A stretch of DNA of 64,000 bases from Eledone cirrhosa (Eukaryota), in assembly GCA_964016885.1 (NCBI GenBank), contig OZ024742.1, positions 185,814,001 through 185,878,000 on the forward strand. The letters are read 5' to 3'. The position numbers and the translations under genes are program-made. This document shows positions 28,465 to 42,349 of the stretch, in pieces (position 1 is the stretch's first letter; each line of letters begins with the position of its first letter). Below the pieces are notes generated by a model. That model had not been told where the DNA came from. It made no database searches and saw only the letters and a list, made by a program, of their open reading frames with translations.

Positions 28465-28555
28465 TATAAAATTCGACCGCGGCGCCAAGCTCTACATCTC
28501 CTCATGCATTGAGTACTCCGATGATTAGTGGTCTCCCAGGTCTTAGCACCGCAGA

Positions 28556-28594
<39 letters not shown>

Positions 28595-28694
28595 GAGGGT
28601 GTCCCAAAAAAGTGTATACACACTTTGATTACCTGCACAGGCAATATTTATTAGAATGCTGTTGAAGTGTGTATACATTTTTTGGGATACCCTG
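28595..28694. mobile_element. Tc1/mariner-type MITE
   Basis: TIRs (C/G)AGGGT(G/A)TCCCAAAAAA.TGTATACACACTT, flanked by TA; a second copy at 39232-39319. Confidence 0.75.
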
Positions 28695-28752
28695 TATATA
28701 TTATTCACTTTATTCCAGTTTCTCACTTACACTCACAATACACACACACTAC

Positions 28753-28837
<85 letters not shown>

Positions 28838-28875
28838 TATACATACATACATATATATATATATACATATATACA

Positions 28876-28944
<69 letters not shown>

Positions 28945-28960
28945 CATACATGCATACATA

Positions 28961-29017
<57 letters not shown>

Positions 29018-29163
29018 CATACATATATATGTCTCTTTCCTATAACGCTATCTTTCTGCTCTTGCATTTATTTACATTCATTTTAATATAATTTCCTTCA
29101 TAGGTGTATTTTTTCATCTTCAAAACCAATTGGATCCTATCACTCTTATCGATTCTCTATCAG

Positions 29164-29166
<3 letters not shown>

Positions 29167-29242
<76 letters not shown>

Positions 29243-29600
29243 ACTCCTTCATCAGCACCTCCTTCTCTCTTTCTCGTCCCTCTCTTTGTTCCCTCACACT
29301 TTATCTTCTGTCTTCTCTTTCACCCTTTTCATCTTTCTCTCCTTCCTCTCCTCTTCCTTTCTACTCTCCGACTCTTCCTCCTCTTTTCTTTTCTCATGTC
29401 TTACTTCTCATTCTCTTTCTTCTCTCTCCTCTGTTTATCTCTCCCCATCCCCCTCCCCCTCCCCTCTCTCTCTCTCACTTTCTTCCTATCTTTATAACTT
29501 AATTTATCTCTTCTCTTTCTTTCTCATCTCTCTTTTTCCCTTCCCTCTCTCTCACCTTCTCTGTGTTTACATTCCCGTCTCTTCCACTCCCCACACACTC
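29167..29600. repeat. (CT)n and pyrimidine-rich low complexity
   Basis: Direct observation. Confidence 0.85.
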
Positions 29601-30014
29601 AGTTAATATATACCTCGTCTGTATAAGATAAGTATATTGAAATAGTTAGAGGCGTAAAAATCAATCCCCATTCAGAAAAATACAAGCAAAATCTATAGAC
29701 TTAATAGGTTGTTATGAGATAAACTTCTATGACTAATATATAAATCTGAGAGTTTTGTTGTGATTATTCCTCATATTCAGCTGCTCAAACTACTAATATA
29801 TATGATCAATATATATGTACATGCTTGTATGGACCCGTAACTCCTAATGGAATCGTAAAGGCGCTGCGGTGTCATACGACGTTTCTTGAGCATTTTTAAA
29901 GCCTAGCGAAGCTAATTCCCTCTTCAGGTCTAAATACAGTCAATTTCTTCCAGAGGAGAGGCAGAGAGCGAGATTGATAGAGAGGAAGTGGGAAAATGAT
30001 AATAGCTAAAGGAT

Positions 30015-30178
30015 TGATCCCAGTATTCAACTGGTACTTTGTTTTTGTCAACCTCGAAAGGATGAAAAGCAAAGTTGACTTCGGCAGGATTTGAAATCAG
30101 AAAGCACAGAGAGCCAAAACGAATACCGCAATGCATTCTATCCGACGTTCTGACAACTCCGTCAGATCGCCTCCTCTA
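30015..30178 (-). mobile_element. Major SINE copy (diverged)
   Basis: ctggtacttt...cctcgaaaggatgaaaagcaaagttgacttcggcaggatttgaa. Confidence 0.75.
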
Positions 30179-30752
30179 ATAAATGTATCTTAGATCATCT
30201 TATATCATTGCGCCTATACAATTGTACAAAACACGCATAATGTGGATATATTTGTCGAGACAACTCTTGAATTAATGTTACAGACCCTAATGAAAATTCT
30301 TAAATTTTGTATTAGTAAAGCTGACTTTAGGTTCTAATAATGACTATTTGTAGCACCTTGGTTAATCTATACTTTTGTCAGACAATATGATTAATAATCA
30401 ATATTTTGAAACTGTACTTATAATTCTGCTCCTAACAGTAAATTTTACTACAGCTTTTTTTTTAGAACAAACGCACTGCTATTTCTAGCATTCCATTTGG
30501 CCTACCTGTGTCCTCATATTATTATGTTCCTCACCATGTGCGTTCAAATTCTCTTCTGAATAGTGACTGGTCTTCTATAATGCGTTTAGTAAGATGAAAA
30601 TTCTACTGACGATTAGGTGTTTCCCCTTATGGTTCCATCCATTTCTCTTTCACTCATGAAATAGCTGTATAGAATATTCAAATATAGAAATTTTACCATT
30701 CTTAAGTAAGTCCTTTGACTTACGATCCGATTTTTATTTGGAAATGCTTCTA

Positions 30753-30887
<135 letters not shown>

Positions 30888-31051
30888 GGGGGGTATGTAT
30901 GTGCATGGTAAGAATCGATCTTATAACAACTCTTCTATCAGACCTTCTTATGTCATTGCGCCTATATAATCGTACAAAAACGCATAATGTGGATACATTT
31001 GGCTAGACTATGTCTTACCCTTGAATTATTATTATTATTATATATATATAA

Positions 31052-31240
31052 GGGTGTGGATTGGCAGTATCGGTAGAGAGTCGGACGCCATTCTTTCCAG
31101 CATAGTTACGTCCCTTTACGATCTGAGTTCAAATCCCGCCGAGGTTGACTTTGCCTTTCATCCTTACGGGGTCGATAAAATAAAGTACCAGTAATGCACT
31201 GGGTAATTTGCTGGCCTTGTGCCTAACGTAGAAACAATTA
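31052..31240 (+). mobile_element. Major SINE copy
   Basis: Full head-core-tail match to the other copies. Confidence 0.88.
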
Positions 31241-31260
31241 TTATTATATATATATATAGT

Positions 31261-31712
31261 ATTAGGATTGGTGCTCTGAAATAGCGATGTATACATCAAT
31301 GTATGTATAGTATATTTGGCAATATACCGTATGTTTAATTAAAACATTTTGAAGACCTTACGCTATCATTTTAAAGTAGTGACTAAGTCACTTACTTCTT
31401 TTCGGCGAAAGAAGGCAGAGAAGCTAACAGTCTGTTTCATGCTGTTTGGCAATCATCAGAGCTACGTACTGCCCTCTTCCGCCGAAAATTATAGAAGCTG
31501 GATTCTTATAGAATTCCAGTAATAATCAGGAAGAGGGCAGTACGTAGCTCTGATGATTGCCAAACAGCATGAAACAGACTGATAGCTTCTCTGCCCTCTT
31601 TCGCCGAAAAGAAGTAAGTGACCTAGTCACTACTTTAAAATGATAGCGTAAGGTCTTCAAAATGTTTTTAATTAAACATACGGTATATTGCCAAATATAC
31701 TATACATACATT
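31261..31712 (-). mobile_element. Hammerhead-bearing non-coding element (minus, 31261-31530) plus partial inverted copy (plus, 31529-31712)
   Basis: Homologous along its length to 33395-33650; arms 31300-31480 / 31529-31711; TA-flanked. Confidence 0.8.
31399..31488 (-). ncRNA. Type I hammerhead ribozyme
   Basis: 20-bp outer stem + AGCU/AGCU, CUGAUGA, UGC-caaaca-GCA, GAA-ACAG-a-CUGU-U (GUU site). Confidence 0.75.
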
Positions 31713-31884
31713 CATATATATATATATTTATATATATATATATATAATGGTTTCTTATTAATGAAGCAGTTCTTGTCCTGTAGAAGTCATTTCTATAATA
31801 AAATGAATAAATATATATATAGAGAGAGAGATAGTGTGATCGAAACTGTGACGAATGTGATTGCATTTAATAATAGTTTAGACA

Positions 31885-32290
31885 GAAGGCCAACAGTTTT
31901 GTGGGAAGGGGAAGGTCGATTAAATTGACCCCAATGCGTTGCTGGTACTTTATCTTATCGACCCCGTAAGGTTGAAAGGCAAAGCTAACCTTGGCGGGAT
32001 TTGAACAAAGCATATTGTCCAACACTCTACCAATTCTGCCAATCCACCTACCTTTGATTGCATTTAATAATAGTTTCTTATTTATGCACAAAGCCAACAA
32101 TTCGGGAGGAGAGGAAAGTCGATTAAATCGACCCCAGCGCGTTACAGGTATTTTATTTTATCGACCTCGTAAGGATGAAGTCAAAGCTAACCTCGGCGCA
32201 ATTTTAATTCAGAATGTAAAGGGCCGTAACTCTATGCCGCAAACCATGGTGTCCGATGCCCTACCAATACTGCCAATCCACCGCTCCTTC
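31885..32290 (-). mobile_element. Two tandem major SINE copies
   Basis: Reverse-complement matches at ~31885-32050 and ~32075-32288. Confidence 0.8.
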
Positions 32291-33212
32291 GATTAGATTT
32301 CAATTTGTAAATCGGTGTGGTGGTTTAAATGATTGGAGTTCGAACCTATGGACCTCCTCTCTTCCCTCAAATTTGCTGGTCTTGTGCCTCAATAAAAAAT
32401 GAATGTCACATCCATATATCACTGACATATAGATATCTACACACTCTTTAAAGGGGGTCGTCTGTTTCCAAACATTGCATTAATTACACTATTCTATCGC
32501 AGATTTTCACTCTTCTAATCTAGAAGATCTCTATACTCAACGAGCAACTTTTAATACCGTTCCTTCTTAAACACAAACATTTTATACAATAGAAACACAT
32601 TAGCCTAATGTTTACTGCCCTCGAACAAATTAATACGCAGCGGATCAATATGTGATGCGTCTTCTATTTATAAAGGTAGAGAATTTCATTCTGGATTTAT
32701 CAGATAAATGTCATTTATGTCAATATACACTGCTTCTCTCTAATAGAACTTATACCAGAAATCTTTTCGTGGCTTCCGGCTTCAGCTTAGCTAAGTTCCA
32801 TGCTGACCTTTTCAATAGTAAATGTTGTTTGTGCTATTTTCGAAATATGCTGTAGGAGAAAATATTTGTTTAGCCATTCTAACAACATATTTCAAATTCT
32901 CTCATAACAAATACATATTCAAATTTCACTAAACTATTAATGCATAAGCACACTTTAATAGCGGGTTTTAACTGGCATTCTTCCTTGAAAATAATGTAGA
33001 TGGTAACTGGCAGTTGCTGAAAATTCAATGGTATTCCTTTTCTCGTCTATGCATTTGTTTGTATTTATATATAGAGAATAAATGTAATCTGAGTTTTTCG
33101 AATATTAATAATAATATTCGATTCGTTTGCAATTATGTAAACAAGCCTCATTTTTAAAGCCATGTCAGTAGAATGAGCCCCTCATTCTTGCTCTTGTGTT
33201 GGCATGTAAACA

Positions 33213-33262
33213 GAACTGCAGACACTAATGTTTCTGGGTATTACCCTTCATCAGTGCAGTTC
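33213..33262 (-). ncRNA. Minimal type I hammerhead ribozyme (truncated mirror copy 33299-33340, plus)
   Basis: GAACUGCA-CUGAUGA-a-GGGUAaUACCC-a-GAA-ACA uuag UGU-C-UGCAGUUC. Confidence 0.75.
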
Positions 33263-33301
<39 letters not shown>

Positions 33302-33394
33302 CTGCACTGATGAAGGATTATACCCAGAAACATTAGTGTTTTTTGCTGGACTGGCAATTTTTTTTGGACCGGCAACCACTCTGTATAATCAGCT

Positions 33395-33650
33395 CCTGAT
33401 TATTACTGGAATTCTATAAGAATCCAACATTCATAATTTTCAACAAACAAAGGGAGTGATAAGCTCTGAGGAATACCAACAGTATGAAACAGAGATCTGT
33501 CAGCTTATCTCCCTTTGTTTGTTGAAAAAAGAAGTAAGTGACATAGTCACTACTTTAAAACAATAGCGTAAGGTCTTCAAAATGCTTTTAATTAAGCATA
33601 CAGTGTATTACATTCATATATACATCGCTATTTCAGAGCACCAATTCTAA
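33395..33650 (+). mobile_element. Hammerhead-bearing non-coding element, same family as 31261-31530
   Basis: Shared ends cctgattattactggaattctataagaatcc ... cgctatttcagagcaccaat(TA)n. Confidence 0.8.
33437..33528 (+). ncRNA. Type I hammerhead ribozyme
   Basis: 19+8-bp stem I, CUGAGGA 33466-33472, AUAC-caaca-GUAU, GAA-ACAGA-ga-UCUGU-C (GUC 33499-33501). Confidence 0.82.
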
Positions 33651-33662
33651 TATATATATATA

Positions 33663-33855
33663 TCACCGTATTTTTTTTTTTCCGACTAAAGAAATTTTAG
33701 CCTGATAGTGGGGTTTAAAACCCTAAGAGAAATGGAAAAAGATGAGTATTGACTCCCATGTACGTCAATACTCATCTTTTTCCATTTCTCTGAGGGTCCA
33801 AAACCCCACTATCAAACTAAAATTTCTTTAGTCGAAAAAAGAAAAAATACGGTGA
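33663..33855. repeat. Fold-back palindrome (~90-bp imperfect arms, 10-bp loop)
   Basis: Direct observation. Confidence 0.85.
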
Positions 33856-33910
33856 AAGATTCTATTTTCTAATTTCAAACTTGCTCACTGTTTCAAAACA
33901 TACTTACTTG

Positions 33911-34077
<167 letters not shown>

Positions 34078-34403
34078 TCTAAAAGTACAAGAATGTATTG
34101 CTAACCACAACGTACTATAATGGTCCATAAAAGAGAGTTTAGAAAAATATCAATATAATGTTCTGTAGATTAAGGGAATTAGACACGACTCGGGGCATAT
34201 TAAAAATACAAACAGATCCTTTTAAAGTTTTTTATGTGTCGAGCATATATATATATATATTTATAACAATATATATATATATATTTATAACAATATATAT
34301 ATATCTATAAAAACAAATAACGAAACGAAATTAAATTTCGTTTCATTTGTAACTCACTTTTGTATGACTGACGCTTAAACAATGTACATTTTTAACTTAA
34401 TTG

Positions 34404-34731
<328 letters not shown>

Positions 34732-34751
34732 AACAATATATATATATTTAT

Positions 34752-34788
<37 letters not shown>

Positions 34789-35099
34789 ACAATATATATA
34801 TATATATATATTTAAAAAAATAGAGGTGTAACACACGAGTTGTGATATATTAGTAAAAAGGAAAAGAAAATGCTGACAAATTTTTCCCAGTGAAAAATAG
34901 TTTAATTAGGAATAAGTATAGATTAGTAATAAGTACTAGTTAGTATTCAGTTTTAGTCTTAAGTTTTTACCGGTTGCGCATTTCTTATGCTTTTCAAAAA
35001 TAATTTTGAGATAGAGTGCTCGTGATTTTTGCTTTAATCTGATCAGTTTTGGAAATTCTTCCTGTTTTATGTGAAAAAAGTGGCTTGGGAGGTATTAAG

Positions 35100-35254
35100 A
35101 TTTGGTTGGTTGTTGAATGTCACGTGAATAAGCACTATAAATTTCGCGCCAATTCGTGTTGCAAAAATTCTTGTAGTTAAAACAATTTTGATTGGTCGGT
35201 AGAAGTCACGTGAATGTTTAAATTGATTTTAGCGTGAACTGGTTTCGCGCCAAA
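35100..35254. promoter_or_regulatory. Duplicated E-box/E2F (plus CCAAT) module in PLE2 pLTR
   Basis: GTCACGTGA 35119 and 35205; TTTCGCGCCAA 35142 and 35243; GATTGG 35190; mirrored at ~38811-38965. Confidence 0.45.
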
Positions 35255-35372
35255 TGTAGGTTTGTCGAAGAGTGTCCTTTTCCGCTTGATTGAGTTGCAG
35301 TCATGTCGAGAGGTCAACAGTTCAGGTGTCTATTAAGACAAATATGTGTGTGTGTGTGTGTGTGTGTGTGTC

Positions 35373-35429
<57 letters not shown>

Positions 35430-35611
35430 CAAAGTGGTTCATTGTTGTGACAATGGAAATGAATCGATCAGTAGGAATGTGTGTGTACCTGTGTGTGGGG
35501 GGGGGGGGTTATTTTAACATGTTGAAACATATTTTTCAGCTCTTGTCTTATACGGAGAAGTGTGTGTGTGTGTGTATGTGTGTGTGTGCGTGTGTGTGTG
35601 TGTGTGCGTGT

Positions 35612-35678
<67 letters not shown>

Positions 35679-36251
35679 TGTCTGTATGTTAGTGTACGCG
35701 TGTGCATGCGTGTATGTTAGTGTACGCGTGTGCATGCGTGTATGTTAGTGTACGCGTGTGCATGCGTGTATGTTTGTGTGTGTGTGTGTGTGTGTGTGGA
35801 TGGACCAGTATTTTTGTGATACTGGTAAAAATGGTGTACATTATTCGATATTTTCAGTCATTTGCAAAAACGATTCTCTCAAAAGAACATCAATAACAAC
35901 AATAATAAAAGAGGTGAAATGATGTATAGTATTGTCATAACACCAAGGTGTGTGTGAGTCCAGATTGTACGTACTGCAAGTTGAATTCATTAGGCCCTGC
36001 CGTATGGGATACTTGTGTACAAATATGTATGCACCCATCAATGTTCAATACATGTGTGCGTATGTGTATGTGTGCGTGTCGGCACGTGTATATCTATAAA
36101 CATCAAAAAGTATGCGAATTTGTATATATTTGTGTTGCACCATAGAACATGTGTTTACGTATGTCATTGTGTTTATATGTGGATAGAAATGTTTGTAGGG
36201 TGTATGCTGATGTAGGCATGTATGTTGACGTGTGTATGTTGTGGGTTCGTC

Positions 36252-38500
36252 TTAGGAAGAAGTGTTTAGACGGGGTCCGTATTTGTTAATAAAGTGAGAT
36301 TCCTTGCTGATGCGTTGGGTGTGGGTGGCATTATCTTTAAATTTGTAGAGGGGAAAGATTCTAAAGTTGAGATGATTTGGGGCGGCACGGGTATCTATGT
36401 GTTCACTCAGTGCTATTTTTCTGTATTCCCGTATTTCGATTTGGGATCTATGGACAGCCATGCGTTGGCGGAGGCTGTTTTTAGTCTGGCCTATCTATTG
36501 TTCTCGACAAACTGAGCAAGTTAATACATATATTAGGTTTTCTGATGCGCATGTGAAATTGTCATTGTTTGAAATAGAATTCCGAACCCTTTATTAGGTT
36601 GATGCATATACCACAGTTGTGATTGGCAGTACTTTGGCATGTGTTAGGATGTTTTTCATTGACTTAGATTGTCTTTTGCTCTTTATGATATCGTGTGTTC
36701 GAAGGATTTGGTTCATTCTATGGTCCTTTTTTAATACAGGTATGTGTTGAAGGATTATGTCAAAGGCCTGATTGTTGAGGGGGGGTTGTGTGTGGAGATG
36801 TATGGAAGAGCTTTTAGCTTCGGTTGATTAACTTTAGGGTGTCTAAGGTCCTGGGTACTGAGTTTTAGGGCACGTTGGATTCCATTGTCAATCAGTGATG
36901 CAGGGTGGTCTCTGCTTATGAGTGTGTCCTTTAGTTCTTGTAGACGTAAGTAACAGGTGTTTTTATTGGAAACTATAGTACAGATTATCTTGGCTAAGTT
37001 ATAGGGAATATTAATTTTAACGTGTCTAGGGTGGCATGAATTGAAAGGAAGATATTGCTCGGAGTCTGTGGGCTTGTAGTATATGTCTGTTTCTATTTTT
37101 TTGTTATGAATCTTAATGAGGATATCGAGGAAGGGGAGTTGTTGATGGCTGTATTCCATTGTAAAATTAATATTCGTGTTGAGCCCATTTATAAGGGTGT
37201 GAAATTCTTTAAGTTTCTCGATGTTTTCGTGCCAAAGGATGAAGCAATCATCTAGATATCTCTTGCAGTTCTTTTCTATGTATAAGTGGAGAGTGTTTCC
37301 AAATTTGTTTAGTACTTTAGTGTAGAGGGCGATTTCCAGGTATCCCATGACTAGGTTGGCATAAGTGGGGGGCCGTTTTCGTTCCCATAGCAGTCCCAGA
37401 TTTCTGCCTGTAGAATTAGTTATTGAAAACGAAATAATTATTCTCCAAGATAAATTTGACTCCTTCTATCACGAATTCTTTTTTGATGCGTTATGGGAGT
37501 TCATTTGGGTAATTATCCAGCCAGAACTGGATAGCTTCTATTCCTAGGTTGTGGGGGATGTTGCAGTATAGGTTGACTACATCGAACGTCACTAGCAGGG
37601 TTTGTTCAGTAAGGGGTATATTAGAGAGGTGGTTGAGCATATCTAGGTCGTCCTTTATGTAGCTTTTAATATGTTTGAGAAGGGTATCAATGAAGTTGCT
37701 AAGGCGGTGGGTTTCGCAAGCGGGGCCTGCTATTATAGGTCTTAATTTGAGATCATTGGGTGAGGGGACATTGATGACTAAGTCTGTGGCTTCCTTGCAT
37801 GCTTTACTTATTAATTCGCTTTTATGTACTTTAGGGATACCGTAGAAAAGGCTGAATTTACTTGTGAAGTCTGTGATGAAGCTGAATTCCTTGTTAGTGA
37901 GTCCTTCTTTGTATGAGTTGATCAGAGTTTTTAGGTTTCTCATAATTTTCTGTTGATTGTAGTGCCTTTTCGTATTATGTTTAGTTTTCCAAAGTGGAGA
38001 GCGCTAAGTTGATATAGAATTATGTCTCCATTAGGACTACTGTACTCCCTTTATCAGCCTCTTTAATTGTAATAGTTCTGTCGGTTTTTAATCTATTTAA
38101 TTCTTCCCATTCTTTCTTGTTGAGGTTTGGCTTGTGTTTTTGTCTGTGCAAGTGTTGGTAAGGGAAGTTTGTGATGTGTTCACAGAATTCGTCCAGCATT
38201 TTATTTCTACCTTTTGATGGGGTGTAGTTGCTTCTATTTCTAGCTAATGATTCATCCTCATTGTAGTGGTCGAATAGTTCTTCACAGAGTCGTAACTTTC
38301 TACAAAATTCTGTGGTCTTCCTTCATTTCATAGTAGTTTGGACGTAGGGGGGGTCGGTGTGAATTTAAGACCTTTGGAGAGTAAGTTGATATGGTTGGGA
38401 GTTGGTTCTGCACTAGTTAAATTGATAATTTTTATTACTCTCAGTTTCTCCTCCCTGTCTTGTATTATTTCGTTTGCCCCTATCTGTGTGCTGTGTCTAA
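36252..38500 (-). pseudogene. Decayed PLE RT + GIY-YIG ORF
   Basis: FYGIPKVHK, LRPIIAG, TFDVVNLY.NI, GTAMGTK.APTYANLVMG, RYLDD, PFLD, DIYYKPTDS; C-terminal LIYVLTCSVC...IGQTKNSLRQRMAVH. Confidence 0.88.
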
Positions 38501-38625
38501 AAAATGGTTGGGGTAGATGGGTTGTCTGCTGATGTTAAGTGGTCTCCTGTGTTTGTTAACACACACGTACACACACATTCCTACTGACCGATTCATTTCC
38601 ATTGTCACAACAATGAACCACTTTG

Positions 38626-38725
<100 letters not shown>

Positions 38726-39231
38726 TTGTCTTAATAGACACCTGAACTGTTGACCTCTCAACATGACTGCAACTCAATCAAGCGGAAAAGGACACTCTTC
38801 AACAAACCTACATTTGGCGCGAAACCAGTTCACGCTAAAATCAATTTAAACATTCACGTGACTTCTACCGACCAATCAAAATTGTTTTAACTACAAGAAT
38901 TTTTGCAACACGAATTGGCGCGAAATTTATAGTGCTTATTCACGTGACATTCAACAACCAACCAAATCTTAATACCTCCCAAGCCACTTTTTTCACATAA
39001 AACAGGAAGAATTTCCAAAACTGATCAGATTAGAGCAAAAATCACGAGCACTCTATCTCAAAATTATTTTTGAAAAGCATAAGAAATGCGCAACCGGTAA
39101 AAACTTAAGACTAAAACTGAATACTAACTAGTACTTATTACTAATCTATACTTATTCCTAATTAAACTATTTTTCACTGGGAAAAATTTGTCAGCATTTT
39201 CTTTTCCTTTTTAGTAATATATATATATATA

Positions 39232-39319
39232 TAGGGTGTTCAAAAAAATGTATACACGCTTTGATTAGAATGCTGTAGAAGTATGTATACATTTTTTGGG
39301 GGGGTGGGGAGGCACCCTG
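39232..39319. mobile_element. MITE, second copy of the 28595 family
   Basis: agggtgttcaaaaaaatgtatacac...gtatacattttttggg...caccctg. Confidence 0.65.
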
Positions 39320-40296
39320 TATATGTATATATATATATATATAAAAACATGATTTTTATATATAGGTTTTTTTATATATATGTGGAATAACCTATGGTTT
39401 ATGCTTTAAATATATTCTTAAGATAAATTTTTTTTTTTTTTTAAACTTTAGAGCAAGTAAATTTATGACTTCGTATAAAATAACATGTGGTTCATGTTTT
39501 AATTATATTCTTAAGATAAAAAAATGTTTAACTTTTTAACTTTATAACATTTAATCCTTAGAGTCATCTGAGTTCTTAAAAAATCACTTCTAACTTCCTT
39601 TACACTTCCTTACTGTTTTTATAATATAATTAAGTGGTTATTCCTTTGTAAATTCTCGTAAATTTTTCATAAATTTTGAATTATTTGGATGTTTAAATTT
39701 CGACTTACAACTTTTAATAAAATAAACTATACTAGATTTGCTCTAATGTAAAATACTATATATTTATTTAAATAATTTATAATTATTAATTATTAATATT
39801 AAATTATTAAATTAAATCATTAATATTAAGGTAAATTTTAATCTTTAATTTTGATTTCTAATTTTTAATTTTAATTTAATTTTAATCTAATTTTTCAACC
39901 TATCATTATAAGTATTATAATCAAAACGTAATGAACCCTGCATTATAAATATTATTCTTCCATGTTAATCTCATTTCTTCTTTCACTTAGATATACTTAC
40001 TCTGTGTATATTTATCCTTTGAAACTTATTTCTTCATGCACTCTATTTTCACTATCAATATATATAATCGTTCTGTCTTTCCTCTTCTATCTTTCTCCTT
40101 TATTTTTTTTTTTCTCTCTCCCTTACATATCATCTTCCAACAGTTTAATTTAAATAAACCGTTATCTTTTCAACCTTTCGGACAATCATTTGCATACTCA
40201 CTCATAACTTTGTATCACCCTCAATAAATGTACTATCTCCACTACCCAGGAAGCTCCAACCGCTAAAGTTGTCTTTTTTCCGGGTATGTCAATATT

Positions 40297-40399
40297 TATT
40301 TATAAAACAAATCTGTATTTTATCTGATGAAAGCGCACCATAATTTGCCTTCGTTGCCCTTGAAATATGTATAATAAAATAAATATGGTTTTATAAATA
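40297..40399 (+). ncRNA. Type I hammerhead ribozyme candidate
   Basis: UAUUUUAU/AUAAAAUA stem I plus outer UAUUUAUAAAAC/GUUUUAUAAAUA, CUGAUGA 40324-40330, AAG.GCA/UGC.CUU stem II, GAA-AUA-ug-UAU-A. Confidence 0.7.
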
Positions 40400-40430
40400 T
40401 AGTTTCCATATTGTATATATATATATATAT

Positions 40431-41371
40431 AGAAGGGCCCTAAATAAACATAAACTCAATATTAAGATAGTAGAAAGACCAGGTACCTCCGTAAAAACAC
40501 TTATTAGCAAGACATACCCTTTTCAAAGACCCTCATGTATAGATAAGAAATGTATAACCTGTAAAATAAGCCCCCATATTAACTGTAAAACTAGAAATGT
40601 AGTGTATAGCATAAGATGTACCGAAGGACAATGTAGAGACAAAAATATAGTGTACATAGGTGAGACAGCTCGTAGTGTAGGGGAACGGATAAATGAACAC
40701 TGGCGAGACCTTCAAGATAGTAAAGAATCATCTGTACTCTACCAACATGCTAAAATAGAACACAGGGGTAAATTAGAGAACATAGAAATAAAAATAGAAT
40801 CTACACACAGAAAAGACGCAATGTTTAGACAAATTACAGAGGCAATAAACATAAAAGAATTACAACCAAAATTAAATAGAAAATATGAGTGGAACAGCAA
40901 CATCACAACTTACAATTAAGGACAAAATGAAAACACACACACACATAGAACAAACAACCAACCAGTAACATGTAAATAAACAAATAAATAAATGAACATA
41001 AACACACACAGACACCCGGATGTGGCGCATGCGCAGACTGAGCACACAACACACACACAGAAACAAAATGGCGTAGGACAAAACAAAGGAGAGGCACAGA
41101 AACAAAGAAAGGAATCCCCAGTCACTGAAGAGGTCACAGAGTGTGTGACGAAAGAACTATGACAATATATAAACAACTATCTGGTTGTGGAACCAACCAA
41201 CCAGAAATTTATAAATTTATAAATTTATTATAAATTTATTATAATAAATTGAAGTGAAAGCAGCTGGTGCGTGTGTTTCTTATTGGCAACATGACCCTCC
41301 CAAAGTATAACAATATCGGTTTCAACACACGATTTCAGATAAAGAATCTTGCTAAACAAATTCAGAAACGA
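40431..41371 (+). mobile_element. PLE family 1, 5'-truncated copy (GIY-YIG + pLTR with hammerhead 41121-41163)
   Basis: Near-identical to 5433-6255 plus the 3' tail seen at 1256-1370; (TA)n on both sides. Confidence 0.92.
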
Positions 41372-41489
41372 AATATATATATAAAGTCTTTAGTATAGTA
41401 TGGCATACTTAAAGATGGGGTGTTTAAATTTCACTGTACATAAAACGCTAGCTTGAACCAATAAATATTCCTTTGAAACAATATATATA

Positions 41490-42033
41490 TTTTGTTTGGC
41501 AATAAAGTCTTTAGATTAGTAGGCTATATAGCAGTAAATAGCAGTAAATGTAGTTAATGTTAGTTGGAATTGAACTTTGTTGTACGCGTGTGATATTCTG
41601 TATGGATGCTGTGTTTTATCACAGGCCTATTCATAATTATTTTGCTGTCATTCTTGTGAGTTTATAATACAAGCATCGAACTACTCAATCCACAAAAGAT
41701 TTTTTTCCAGGGGAGAAGAGTGGCAATGATCAAACGATCATTCTATAGTCCCCACTTGAATGCGTGCGATCATTGAGTGTTCAAGTTATTAGAGCAATAT
41801 CTTTGAAAATTTGTTTTCATTTCATTAGAAGAGGTGGTAGATGAATCGTTGTGTTGGTTTCGTCAATTGCCAAAGGAACGGTTTCAGAAAGAGTTAAATG
41901 CTTTGCATAAGCACTATAAAGATGTTATTGCATTCAATGAAGAATATGTTTTGCAGAATAAATAAATTTTAGTTTCAATATGTTGTGCATTTTCATTTAC
42001 AGGGTTATTCTAAAGACTTTATTGCCATGCCAA

Positions 42034-42036
<3 letters not shown>
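41490..42036 (+). mobile_element. Internally deleted mariner element
   Basis: TIR core TGGCAATAAAGTCTTTAGA 41497-41515 / 42009-42027; relic YSPxLxxCDxxxF motif near 41745; TA flanks. Confidence 0.65.
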
Positions 42037-42122
<86 letters not shown>

Positions 42123-42152
42123 TATATATATGTGTGTGTGTGTGTGTGTATA

Positions 42153-42194
<42 letters not shown>

Positions 42195-42225
42195 TATAAA
42201 TATATATATACATATATATATTTAT

Positions 42226-42281
<56 letters not shown>

Positions 42282-42349
42282 ATAGATATACATACATACA
42301 TACATGCATACATATATGCATAGATACATACATACATAGACATATTAAA

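Noticed and set aside
30290-30750. Possible decayed coding relic (also 32580-33100)
   Set aside because: No motif could be assigned with confidence
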